64,000 nt of DNA from contig NW_003314267.1 in the NCBI RefSeq assembly GCF_000143415.4, forward strand, positions 2,707,839 through 2,771,838. The letters are read 5' to 3'. This document shows positions 1 through 12,099 of the stretch, in pieces. Under the pieces are notes generated by a model. That model was not told the DNA's origin, ran no database searches, and saw only the letters and a list, made by a program, of their open reading frames with translations. A program made the position numbers and the translations under genes. The DNA is from Selaginella moellendorffii (Eukaryota > Plantae > Lycopodiophyta). Numbering within the stretch: the stretch's first letter is position 1; each line of letters begins with the position of its first letter.

Positions 1-1293
1 CGCTACCGGATGGTTGTCTTGCTTCAGAACTGCGCCCAACGCAAAGTCTGAAGCATCCGTTTCTACCTCAAAGTCCTTACCAAAGTCTGGTAATGCCAAT
101 ATGGGAGCCTTCCTCAACTTCCCTTTGAGGTGGACGAATGCCGCCTCGCATTCTGCTGTCCATACCATCTTCCCTTTTCCTGTTTGGTCCGTTAAGGGCA
201 AAGCTACTCTCGAATAGTGTCTGATAAACTTTCGATAGTAGTTGCATAGCCCCAGGAACGCCCTCAACTCATGTACATTCGATGGTCGCTCCCATTCCTG
301 GATCGCTTGGACCTTCTCCGGGTCCACCTTGAGCCCGTCCTGGCCCACCACATGCTCGAGAAACTTTACCTCTTGTTGAGCAAAGTCACATTTGCTCTCT
401 TTAGCATACAGTTTGTGTTCCCTTAGTTTCTCAAACACCTTCGCCAAGTGTTCGGCATGCTCCTCTAGCGTCTCGCTATAGATCAGGATGTCGTCAATAT
501 AGACGACCACGAAGTGATCCAGATAGGGTACAAAGATGTGGTTCATCAACGCCGAAAACGTTGCCGGTGCATTGCACAGCCCAAAGGGCATCACTAGAAA
601 CTCGAAGCTCCCATACCTCGTTCGACAGGTTGTCTTCTCGACATCTTCCTCAGCTACCCTGATCTGGTAGTATCCTGACCTTAGGTCAATCCTCGAGAAG
701 TATTTTGCCTTTCCCAACCTATCGAACAGGTCCTCAATCCTTGGCAAAGGGTACTTGTTCTTCTTGGTATACTTGTTGAGCAACCGGTAATCTATGCACA
801 TGCGCATAGATCCATCTTTCTTTTTCACAAATAATACCGGCGCCCCATACGGCGACTTGCTCAACCTAACATACCCTTTGTCCACCAACACCTCTAGTTG
901 GCACTTGAGCTCCTTGAGTTCCTTTTTGTTCAAACGATAGGGTGGACGAACCACCGCCTCAGTGCCCTCAACCAGCTCAATCTTATGTTCTATCGGTCGT
1001 GCAGGGGGCAACCCCGCCGGTAGCTCCTCCGGCATGGTATCCTGGAATTGGTCCAACACTCACTGGATCACTAAAGGCACTTCTTCCGTTCTCGCCTTTT
1101 TGTCACTCTTCACCGAGAGTAAGCACAAAAAAGCTGCCTTAGTTCCTTTAGTGAGTTGTCCTCTCGTGGACACCAGGTTTAAGCAGGATTCTTTGGCCTT
1201 GCTTTGCCCTACCTTTAGATCCTGGGCTTCCACCCTAGATCTTCTTCCTTGGGCATTCGCCAGTACCACAAGGTTTCTACCTTGTCCATGTAA
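1..1293 (-). mobile_element. Ty3/gypsy pol segment (reverse transcriptase and start of RNase H), decayed; runs off the window start
   Basis: Minus-strand translation gives [62 protein letters not shown] and [13 protein letters not shown]. There is an in-frame TGA at 1060-1062. Confidence 0.95.
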
Positions 1294-4200
1294 GCTCTAT
1301 TTCGTTAAAGTGGGAATTGTCATTATCCCACTTGTAAAATAAGGTTTCCAAACCTTTATATAGTATATAAATATAACAAAATTCAACTGCATTGAGGCAC
1401 ATGCCATTTTATTTTAAACAAGGAAATGTCTACTCAATCACTTCTCCTCCCCCTGCCACTGCTTCACCTCTCTCTTCTCCTTGTCATCGTCGTCCAATTT
1501 CTTTCCATCCTTTTAATATTGGCTCAGTTGCTCCGAGTCTAGGTGGAGCCCAAGTCCCCATTCAATCTTTACTTTCCCATTATTAATAAAACAACTTCGT
1601 AGACTTCCAATAACATGTTGTAACACTTCTAGTATAATGCAAATCCTCTCAAAGAATTGTCTTTTAATATTAATACAATGGCATGGAACCCCATGCCATA
1701 ATAAGTTACATTTTTAAATAAATACATGCCATCTCAGACTGTTATTTTTTGCCTCCAACGCCTATACAATAATCTTGGAATTTCATCACTCTCCACACTA
1801 TCAGGATTTAAACCCAATAGTAATGCCATCTCTTCTCTAATACGTCCACGCTCATGTTCAGTGGTCGAAGAACCCATCCGGTTGAGCAGATTATGGAGAT
1901 GCGGATAGTGCTTGGCTAGACAATATACATGCCATAAATGATGACTGGTGTCTGTCCGATCAAATGGCTTCTGATATACCGTTCCATCTGCCATTTGGTT
2001 GATTTCTGCAGCCACCTCCTGGACTGGCCGGTTCTCTATCACCATCGCTCCAAGCCGTTTTGCAAGGTCCCCCAGAACATACGGTTTCTTCTCCCTAGTT
2101 TCCATACTGCAAGAGATGGGGTGCACTGCATATGTGTGCGTGTTCGCTGCAGTTTTAATCGGCGAGTCATCGATGATGAGGATTTCACTTGAGCTAGCAG
2201 TCCGGTTCATCACTACAGCCTCTGGCTTGACGAAGATGGGCTTGCTACCCCTCACATGGACCATAGTCAAGCAATCCTCCTGCGTTAGGAGAAAGTCAAA
2301 TGGTAATATTACTCACGTCTGATTGTGCATCATCTGTAGCAACGTTAATGCATTGTGGTGCATCATGGGTGTCCAAACTCCCAATTGCAAATTGAACTCG
2401 GCCCTCTGTTTTAAGTGTCGCATGGTCATTATTAGATCCCGCAGTTTCTCCCGTGTGATTAATGTGAATCTGTCTCTTTTGACCAACTTGCGACCGCAGG
2501 CTTTGGAGGGTGCAATGACATTCGAGGACGAGCCACGCTCATGGGAGAAAAGGACACCGTTCAGATCAAAAACGATACAGTACCTTCGTCGTGACCTTGA
2601 AATGAAATGCGTCAGCATAAAAAATGGTACAAGTCAATTTTACCATCTACAATATTAGCGAATGTTGCTCCCGATGGTCGTTGAGAGGGTTTTGGTCGAG
2701 GAAACGTGAAGGGCGGAAATACTCTCCTCTGCAATGTGGGGTCAATCGCATCCGATGGCGTGTGGGCACATGCCATTTCAGCTGTAGACTCTGGTACAAC
2801 TGGCTCAACAGTGGCATGGGGTGGTTCCGATGGCGTGTGATCACACGCCATTTCAGCTGGTGCCTCCGTTGGCAAAATGGACATGACCGAACAGGCAGCA
2901 GGGGCGGTGTAGGGAGGTTCCAACGGTGCGTAGTCAGACGATTGGGCACACGTTGAGTCCGTTGGAAATGAGGATACGACCGGCTCGGCGGCTGGGGCGG
3001 CCTCATGTGGGTCCAATGGCGCCTGGTCACCGTCAGTTGGATACGTGGACAAGATTGACTCAGTGGTATGGGCAGCATCAAGTGGAGCGTGGTCAGCTTG
3101 CTTGGCGTTGATATGGATAGTAGCCTCCACCAGCTCTGATGACTCTTGCAGCCAAGTAGAGTCCACTGGCGGATCCATATGCATGTCCAAATATCTCCCT
3201 TCGATTGAGATGGTATCCTCCCGTGCTACTAAAAACAAACTCATTAGCACATTGAATCGACTATACTGTATTTACCATCAACTGCTATTGAGGAACTAGG
3301 ACCGATATCACTTGAGCGCACTGCTGATTCTGAAGGATTGGACATACGTTTCGACCCTTGCTTGGCACTATCCTTCCTCGACACTAAAGGCTAGAGTTTG
3401 TAAATTCAACTGAATAATCTCTACTTACCATTTGCTCTGCGACCTACATGGACAATGTTAGAAATGGTAAAAGGTTAGGAATGGATGTATTATTATTTAC
3501 CTGATGGTTTGTCTTGTATGACCTTCCTCCGCCGCTCTTTGGCCACCTCAGGCTGGCCATCGTCGTCATCATCGTCGTCGTCGTTATTGTGATCGTCACC
3601 ATTGTGAGGACCATCCAAGTCCTCTTCGTCCTCCTCTTCTTCGTCCTCCTCTTCTTTGTCCTCCTCTTCGTCATTTTGCTCTTCCTGCTCATTATCTTTC
3701 TCTGGCTCCTCATCCCCCTCTTGCATTTCTTCCATAGGCTGCTCAGGCTGGATGGCTTGTTCTTCCAGGACCATCTTGGGAAAATCATCTGGCCGAGTCT
3801 CCATCTCAAAATACAAGACATCCATAGCCTGTTTTAGTGCGTGACCTAGGATCGTATCCTCACCCGACTGTCTTAACATGGTTTCTGCACGTTCTTGCAC
3901 CCTTCGAAGACGACGAGATGAGAAAAACGTGGCCCTGCCTTGAAAAGCTTCCCTCATCCATTGTACCTCTCCATTGAGATTGGGGAAGGGGAGTCCGCCA
4001 TAGGAATCTGAGTCATGAGGTGGTGACTGCCTGCTTTCACTCAGCCCTTGATCTGCAATGAATGGCATGAGCACACACGCCATAACCGCGAGGCATTACC
4101 TATCATCTTTTCGTTGCCCTTCTTCCTTTTCGAATCAAACGCCTCTGATCTCGACGACTGTCCAACGTGCTTTCGCTTTTTATGACCACTGTCAGTTTGA

Positions 4201-4742
4201 GCTTGGCTGGTGCTTGCCTGTTTTGCCTTTGAAGAAGTTTCTCCTGCAAGGAATGGCATGAGACCACACGCCATTGCAAATATAATTTGTACCTCCTTTT
4301 TTCCTATTGCTTTTCTGTTTGTCCTTCTTCGATGCGCCACCAGTGCGCTTTTCAGTCCTCATGTATGAATATTCACAACGATCTATAATCAAAATGGCGT
4401 GAGGCCTCACGTGACCTTACCTTGTGCAGGTTGTGAGCTCGGCCCAACATGGGTATCTTCAACAGTAGCTGTTAACGCCGTTTCAGCATCTGGGGGTGGC
4501 CACGCTCCTGCATACAGAGCTTGTGAGATAACATTTAAACTTAAAGTGCGTACTCACCAGGTTCGCAGAGAAGATACTGTTTTTCTTTGGCAACTGTAAT
4601 TATATGCTCCATTGAAGTCACCTCTTCAATGGAGTTTGTCACCGCAACACACGGGACACCCTTGAGTAGTGCGGCTCGAAAGAATAGTCCGCCGCAGTTG
4701 TACTCGACAACGCATTTGCCCTTGGAGTCGGAAGCAGGTGAC
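1294..4742 (-). other. Foreign ~3.45 kb intron-containing insert interrupting the gypsy polyprotein between protease and RT
   Basis: Protease ...FNRFVVALRG stops at ~4742 and the polyprotein resumes as HGQGRNLVVL at ~1290. The intervening DNA is non-gypsy and has GT-AG introns of about 45-57 nt. Confidence 0.8.
1734..2600 (-). pseudogene. NIF/FCP1-like HAD phosphatase domain relic inside the insert
   Basis: Motifs CIVFDLNGVL, LGVWT, FDFLLTQEDC, IFVKP and ILIIDDSPIK lie in one frame, broken by a TGA at 2313-2315. Confidence 0.7.
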
Positions 4743-6319
4743 CCACGTAGGGCTACCACGAACCGATTGAACCAATCCATTCTGAAGATCACGTCAAATC
4801 CCGCCATGTCCAACACAGTGAAATCCATGTCTACCTTCCAAGTCCCTACTTCGACTTTCGCTTGTCGAAGTACCTCATCGGTGCTTTGGCTACCTTGAAC
4901 AAACTCTATAGTCCTTGGTTCGCCTAGCCGCTGCACCGTTAGTCCGGCTTGCCGGACTATGTCTGCAGCCACAAAATTATCCGAAGCACCTGTGTCAATA
5001 AGGATCTTAACAAAGCTACCTCCGAGCTTCCCTCGGAGGGCTAGTAGATGTCGCGAACGACTCTCTACCAAAGTTGCTCGTGTAATGAGTAACTTTGAGT
5101 TAGGGACTGGATCACATACCTCATTTTGGACTTCACCCGACTTGATGGCCATATTGGCTCTGGCCTTCTTCGGGTAGGGACATTCCCTCGAAAAGTGTCC
5201 CGCTTCACCGCAGTTGTAGCATACGTTGTTTCCCACGCTGCTATACGACTTGACCTTCTTATCCGTGGGTTTGTCTCTTTTCGCTTGACTCCCCCACGTA
5301 CTTGCTCGCTGGCCACCGGATTTGCCTTTCCGGAACCCCGAGGACTCATTCTTAGAGAAACTCTTCTTGAATTTCCCCCTGCTATATGTTCCCCTTGGTT
5401 TGGCCCCTTTGCTAAACGTGGATCCCGACCCCGTCGTGTTCCCCTTTCGCAGGTTATCGTTGAAATGCACCTTGATGGCCGCATCCAACGCTTCCTTGTA
5501 GTTGGTCGGGTTCCAGCGCATCACCTCACCGCGAGCCCAGGTTTGCAAACCTGATATGAAGGCATGGAACGCATCCATATCCCCCATGTCCGTAACAAGT
5601 ATCCTCTTTGCCATGAACCCATTCACATATTCCTGGATGGTTCCAGTCTGCTTCAGCCTACTCAGTTCATCCCTCAGATGCAGAGTGGCATTCGGAAGAA
5701 CATATGTTGCGCGGATCCCCGCCTTCATCATGTCCCAAGTGACCACCGGTCCTTCGTTGGCCTCCGTTGTTCTCCACCAAGACTTGGCATTATTTGCCAA
5801 GTATGGTTTTGCACATGGGACCTTCTCCGAGCTTGGTAACCGCAACGCTCGGAAGTAGTCATCCATATCGTAAAACCAATCCTCCACCACCTTATAGTCA
5901 TTCACTCCCTTGAAGACCGGTGGGGGCTTTGGTTTGTACTTGGGAACTGCCTAAGGGACTGATTCCACTTCAGTCTGTTCGACCTTGTCTGGTTTTGCCT
6001 CAGTCCCTGCCGAAGGGTCCGCACCTTCTGCGCTGCCAGCATCCGCAGTCTTTCGCCTTTTCTTCCGCTTCTCGTCACGCTTTAGCTTGCGTACGAGAGT
6101 CTCCAGCAGGGCATTGGTCTGCGCCAATTGACCTTCTAGAACGTCCAATCGAGCCTTGGACGACCGAACCTCGCCACCGGACTCCTGTTTGGAAGTTTCC
6201 TCACTAGAGTCCTCCTCATGCAAGGATTCCTCATCCATAGCCTCTTGTTCGACCGGAGGCTCCAGCTCTGGCGGAGGTTCCGTCTCCACCTGGGTTCGCT
6301 TACGCCCTGCCCTTGCCAT
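4743..6319 (-). mobile_element. Ty3/gypsy gag (capsid, CCHC zinc knuckle) and aspartic protease, with a premature stop
   Basis: AKSWW capsid-type region, CYNCGEAGHFSREC knuckle, LIDTGAS protease. ORFs 5951..6319 and 4541..5905 are in the same frame, separated by one TAG at 5951-5953. Confidence 0.93.
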
Positions 6320-6362
6320 CTCCCAGCAATCCGCCTCTATCCTTCGCTAGAACTGAGGAAGA

Positions 6363-6375
6363 GGCTCCGATACCA
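6363..6375 (-). promoter_or_regulatory. Primer-binding site (tRNA-iMet type) of the gypsy element
   Basis: Minus strand reads ...GGCTTACA AAT-spaced TGGTATCGGAGCC, matching the TGGTATCAGAGC iMet PBS 3 nt after an LTR CA end. Confidence 0.85.
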
Positions 6376-6378
6376 AAT

Positions 6379-7170
6379 TGTAAGCCACAAATTTTTCCTT
6401 TCCAATTTGCCAGCCTACCTCGTCTATCCGTCCAACACTGCCTTGGCTTTTGCTAAGTTCCCTCGCCAAGGTTCTCGCCTATGGTACCAGCTCCTACTTG
6501 GTCCTACTTGGTTTCAGCTACTCACTGCACGAGCAACGGAGTGTTAGCCATCCATCTACGGATTCCCAAATCTCTCCTAATCCCCCTCCCCGGGTTAGAC
6601 TAGACTTAAGGTTTGGCTACACTCCCCGCAGGCACAAACAGCCAAGCACACCAAGCCTCTAGATTCCTAACACCCCTTGGTACCACAAGACTTGATCATG
6701 GGACCCTCTAAATCCCAAGCCTTGGGTGCAACACTTGCTTCGGGACATCGGGGCATAGCCTAACGGCCCGGTATGGGTACCTCTACCCCCCCCCCCCACT
6801 CTTCCATCCTGAAGGGAAGGCCCAAGCCCCTAGGAGGGGCGAGGACCAATGAGCCACAAGGTACTCAAGTGGGGCACCACTCCACATGAGCTGGGAGCAC
6901 TGCAGTCGGTTTCCCTTTCAGGAGTGGGAGCTGCTCTTGAGCACTTCCCTGGGTGGCCCCTCCGGCACCACTTAAGCCCATTCTCACTCCCACCCCAGGC
7001 CCCTCGGCCCCAGTCTCAACCTCAAGTCAGTTTGGAAGCCCCACTGGAGAGTTCCTTCAAGACTGGTTCCTGGACCTCACTATCCCTACTATACTTTTGG
7101 AACCCCTTGCAGCCCCCCCCCCCCCTGGGAGACACACGCTTTGGGCTTTCACCCCTTGAGCTGTATTAGT
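6379..7170 (-). repeat. 5' LTR of the gypsy element (distal boundary uncertain)
   Basis: Ends in CA next to the PBS, is non-coding and contains poly-C tracts. No matching TG start was found. Confidence 0.6.
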
Positions 7171-7174
7171 ATGT

Positions 7175-7480
7175 GGACTTAGTCTTAGAATCAATCTCGG
7201 ACTCAATCTCGACTTAGTCTTAGAATCAATCTCAGACTTGATCTCGGACCCGACTTCGGACTTGGTCTCGGACTCGATCTCAGACTCGATCTCGGACCCG
7301 ATCTCGGACTTGACTTCGGACTCGACCTCGAACTCGGTCTCGGACCCGATTTGGGTCTCGGACTCCGTCTCGAACTCGGTCTCGATCTCGGTCTCCGATT
7401 CGGCCTCAGCTCGATCCTGGACTCTATCTCGAACTCGGTCTCAGAGTCGGTCTTGGACTCGATCTTCAACTCGGTCCCAT
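7175..7480. repeat. Degenerate hexamer-based tandem repeat (GACTCG/ATCTCG/GTCTCG)
   Basis: Iterated ctcggactcgatctc-type units, plus a direct repeat gacttagtcttagaatcaatctc at ~7176 and ~7211. Confidence 0.85.
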
Positions 7481-7529
7481 CCGATGAACTCTTTGTCATT
7501 TCGATCAAGCTTTTGGGGATCCTTTAGCC

Positions 7530-7851
7530 TACGACATCTCGGGGAGTCGGTTCCTTACAGATTCATCCAACATTCCATGTGAGCAAGCTTAAAGCGTGTT
7601 TGCACTCTGGTGATATCGTGGATCAGTCCATCATCCAGGTTCCAGAGATTGATGCAGAAAATGCTGGTCCGGCCAATATTCTTGCTCAAAGATTGGTGAA
7701 AACACACTGGAAAACAACTAGGGAGTTGTTAGTTCAGTGGAATGGTTATTCCATGGACGAAGCTACATGGGAAACTGAGGATGACGTGAAAAGAGTGTTT
7801 CCAAGTTTTGGTTATGACTTGGATGACATTCCTGAGGAAGGGGAGAATTGA
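7530..7851 (+). mobile_element. Chromovirus (Ty3/gypsy) integrase C-terminus with chromodomain; second, truncated element
   Basis: IHPTFHVSKLK followed by ELLVQWNGYSMDEATWE, ending at a polypurine tract. Confidence 0.9.
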
Positions 7852-8098
7852 GTTCTATAGCCATATTGCTATATGATTTGAGCCATTTGTTCTATTCTCA
7901 TTCTCTTGTTTCCATGACCGTATTATCATGTGAGAAAGCCGTATTGCTTTCTTTCTTTCGTGGCCATTTGTCGCGACGTTGGTGTTGCCGTTTGCACATC
8001 TTTTCTCCATGGCCGTATTGCCTTGGACTCCCTTCATGTGAGGCTTGTTTGGCTTCTCGAGGCTGCCGTATGTGGCTGGGTCATGAGGGAGGGGAGAA

Positions 8099-8481
8099 TG
8101 ACATGAACCATGGGAATATTCTGAGAATATTCTATGGCCTGTGGGATTTAAGGCTGTAACGCCTTAAGGGTTGGGAGGTTGGCCTAGGGTTTGCTCTCTT
8201 GTTTATTTCACCTGTACTCGTACTCATGGACTTTACCAAGTAGGTTAAGCAGCAAGGAGATGACATAGTAGGGGTCCTTGGAAAGAGGGGATTCTTGACA
8301 AGTGTTTTGGGGGGATTGACGAGTAGTGAACGTGAGGATTGAGAGAGGGCTGGTGCTCTGTGCGCATGGGGTGTTCATGCTCAATCTGAGATGAGGTTAA
8401 ATTCTTGGGTTGTCATCCTTGTTTCACCTAAGAGTCATTCTTGTCCACGGTCCATTTTTAAACGCTACATTGTGCATGACA
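8099..8481 (+). repeat. 3' LTR of the chromovirus
   Basis: Follows the PPT GAGGGAGGGGAGAA, starts TGACATGAAC and ends GTGCATGACA (8/10 terminal inverted match). Confidence 0.65.
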
Positions 8482-11054
8482 ACATTCACTTTAAACCCTA
8501 AATAAATATTCACTTTAGGGTTTCAGTAATAGTTGTTCCAAAAAATATGGTGCAATTCAAAGTATGTTTTGAGCATGCTATATTATCTATGGAGGAATTA
8601 TTGAAATAATGTTTAATAATAATTTTAATGAATTGGTTGAAAATTTTTCTAGTTCAGCCACCATCAATGAAAAGGATGGTTAGTAAGTCAAAATACCCAT
8701 CCCTCTTGTAAAAATCCAGTCTTGGACCATTCAAGAAATGCTCGGGTATTTATTTTTCATTTGACATTTTTTTTACTAGGCTTTCTAAGATTCTTGAAGA
8801 CCTTCAAAAGGACATGAAATATCCTTGTCACTGGAGTGAATACATAATTGAGGATTTCATACTTAGAACGAACTCACAAGCATTCCGGAACCATGAAAAA
8901 GCCAAAGTTGTCAGAGCTTCTTAGGATTCGAACCTTGGACTTGTCATTTGTTAAAAAGGTAACCATTCTTAAACTTTGTAGCTCAGGGATTGTTTCTTTT
9001 CTTAGAAAGTTAAATTGTAGACTTTTTGACAGGTTATAATGGGGATGAAATTGACTGCTTTGATAAGAAGGTTGAAAAACTTAGGCAGAAGTACCCCATT
9101 GTCAATAAGGTCACTGATCCAATGTTAGTCATTATTGAACCAGTAGAGGTGGACGTGTGTCCAAAAAACCTCCTTGATCCCCAAAGTGTCTTTTTATTTC
9201 TTTTCCTTTTTTTTTCCAGGAGCCACATTCCTAGCTAAAATATCATTAAAGGATGCGCTACCATGCTACGATGTGTATCAAGGAGGTCCTGCAACCTGAA
9301 TCCTGGTTGTAAATACCACTGTGGCATCTTTCAGAGTTTTTTGACAACTCTAAAATGCAAAAGATCAAGTATGTCTCTAATATCTCTTTGACAAGCGTTT
9401 TCAGGGTTCCCAGTACGTTTGTGCATACATATTTTCTGCTATAGCTTTTTCAAGGAAGGGCAACACTACTAACAAGCTTGAGCTTGATATCTAGACCGGC
9501 TGATTCGGACATGTTAAATAGCTGGCCTAGTGAAGGTGATTGAGAAGCCCTGCTTGACACCATCGGACCAGCATGGCCTTCTCCTGGGTAAAGAATTGTC
9601 ACAATATGACCACAAGACAATGGAGATCCCAATCTGCAAGATACAAAAATTTCTTTTGCTTGATGGACATTTTTAACAGGTGTATTCTCACTGTTTCCTG
9701 TAATTTTAAGCAGGTGACTAAGATTATAAGCATACTTACTGGAAAATGTGTTTGTTTTGTAAAAACCTTGCATACGTATTTGCGTTCCATTTGCAGAGGG
9801 TTGCCATATTCCAAGTTAAACCAGAGTCTTTTACAATCTTTATGTTTCTTTCCGTGGGTGGGAGGCAATTGCTGGTGCAATGGCTTGCCGAGCCACCTCT
9901 TCTGATTGTCCAAGGAAAAAATGAAACTCCTTGTGGGATTGATTCATTATTTGCAGTGTAACTTACGAGCAAGGCTATTGGACCTGCAAGTTTTGCAATG
10001 GAAACCATGTGGTCTTTTACATATATTTAGGGTTTTTTTAGGGTTTCTTTGCAATCAAAAGTACCACGTTTGAACAGGTTCGCATCAGTTTAGTTCGTTT
10101 CGTTCGGGTGTTTGCCAGTAAGTATGATCATAAGCTTAACAATTGTTTCATGCTTTTTCTTGTTTGTTTGTTTGTTTCGTTTTTTTTTTGTTTAATTGTT
10201 TCCTCTGTTGTTTTTTTTTATCCACATTATCAATTGATGGCCTTTCCTAGTTTTGTTTCGATTTGATCTATATTAGGATTGAATCAATTATTAAATACTT
10301 ATAATAAGTGACATGCTTCTAATAGCGTATCATACAGACGAGCTTTATCCAGCTACTATCACTCGCTCCGTCTTCAAACCTTCCCACTTCCTTGGAACAG
10401 GACATAACCACAGTTCCAGGCTTTTGAAACAGCTCTACTTAGGAAAACCAACGTCGACGTCTTCAAGGTTACAGGTTTCAATACCACTCACTGCATCGCA
10501 GAGCAGCAAATCCAAAACCTGCATACCAGAGCTTTCAGAAGAAACTTTTCAATGCAGGAAGCACCATGCCTGGCGGACCCTGCGTCTCCACACGTTGTCA
10601 AGGCATTTCAATGTATAAGTCCTCTAATCTGATATCTGTCCTTGTAAAGCTACTGACGAAACTATCTCTAAACAAGTTGGGGAGTTGCTTCTTACTGAGA
10701 AGATTCGATTGGAACTGATATGTTCTTTCCATGGTTTCCATTTTATACTCGTGTCTGACTATGCTCTTCGCTATTCTGAAGGATCGTCAATGAACCTCGT
10801 AGTTTTACTTACGGTTTGAACCTCTTTAACTAAAACTTTGAAAACCAACATTTGCGCATCGACCTTGTGGAGCAGGAACAGCCTCTTGCTTGGTGTGGTT
10901 AGTATTCTCTGATCATGGAGCGAGCAGTTCTTGATAAACTCCTCTGATTCTTCCTTCAATTTGGCCAGTCGGTAACCAAATCCGACTATTTGGCCTTGCA
11001 TATGGGCTTTGTGACGGTAAGTTGATCACAAAAAATAACGCTGAGTTGTTGCAG

Positions 11055-12099
11055 AAGCATGAGACACGCCTCAGACATGATTTGATCGTTGGAGGATGAG
11101 TACAAAGATATAGTTGGAATAAGGTATTTAGTTGTGGTTGGTAAAATGCTAATGCCACGTTCTTCTTTGTTTTTTTGCTCCTTGCAACATCATTTTCTGG
11201 AAGTTTGTTGTTTGTTTTTTCTTTTTCGATGTTCATGGTTAGCAGTTTTTCTCTTTCCGCTTCTTGTTTGTAACATAATCTTTTTCAGGTGTCAACTTAT
11301 TTTTCTGGATGTCACTTGTTCCCATCGTGGTATGGTGTTTTTCTTTTCTTTTCTTTCTTTAGTTTTAATTTATCTCTTCTAAACTTTGCCATTAGTGGTC
11401 GGAGCGAAACTCCAGTATGGAATCGCCAAGTTGGCTTTGGAAGATTCTGGGTCTGGACCACGGATAGCAGGTTTAAAACCTCGAGACACACTGTTTTGGT
11501 TCAACAAACCACGATTGATGCTACATCTGATCCATTTCATTCTCTTCCAGGTTTGGTTTGGCTTGAATTGGCACCACAGTGACATCTCTTGCGTTTTTAC
11601 AGGACGCTTTTGAATTGGCCACTTTTCTTTGGGTTGGGTAAGTTATAATGAAATGTTGTAAGGACGTTAATTAATCCTGGAATGCATTTTCAGTAGCAAT
11701 TCGGTTGGGACTCCTGCTTGATGCAAAATAGGATCTTCTCGTATTTGCGAGTTGTCACCGGGTAAGTTTGAAAGTTTTGCGTGAATCAGGTAGCGGTAAC
11801 ATTGTCTGGTGATCAGGTTCTTGGTGCAAATACTATGCGTTACCTCTCTATGCTCTTGTGACACAGGTAAGCAAAGTTTTAAATCTCAGCGCATGTATAC
11901 TGACGACAATGCTTGTACGTAGATGGGGTCCAACTACAAGAGAGCGATATTTCAAGAACACATAGTGGACTCGATTCACAACTGGAAGAAGGCAGCAAAG
12001 AAGAGAAACAAAGATCACAGCAGCGTGATGGACATGAGCACCATAGACCGCAGCACGATTGCTTCTTTTGGACAGGAGCTACGAGCAGTGCCAGAGTAG
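11055..12099 (+). pseudogene. MLO: MLO-family gene, 3' half only, with stops and deletions
   Basis: Exons give SLEDEYKDIVGI, VGAKLQ...KPRDTLFWFNKPRLMLHLIHFILFQ, AFELATFLW, LPLYALVTQ and MGSNYKRAIF...HNWKKAAKK. In-frame TGA/TAG codons and a deletion in FLVQILC are present. Confidence 0.88.

Noticed and set aside
1678-4415. Palindromic repeats considered as a CRISPR array
   Set aside because: Irregular spacing (75 bp to >1 kb), eukaryotic context and no cas genes.
5951-5953. TAG within gag as a programmed readthrough site
   Set aside because: It lies early in gag rather than at the gag-pol junction and is most simply a CAG-to-TAG mutation.
7203-7582. Ser/Arg/Pro- and Ser/Asp-rich ORFs on both strands
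   Set aside because: By-products of the hexamer tandem repeat.
9000-11030. Exon-like ORF fragments on both strands
   Set aside because: Multiple stops and no family recognisable by eye; left unassigned.
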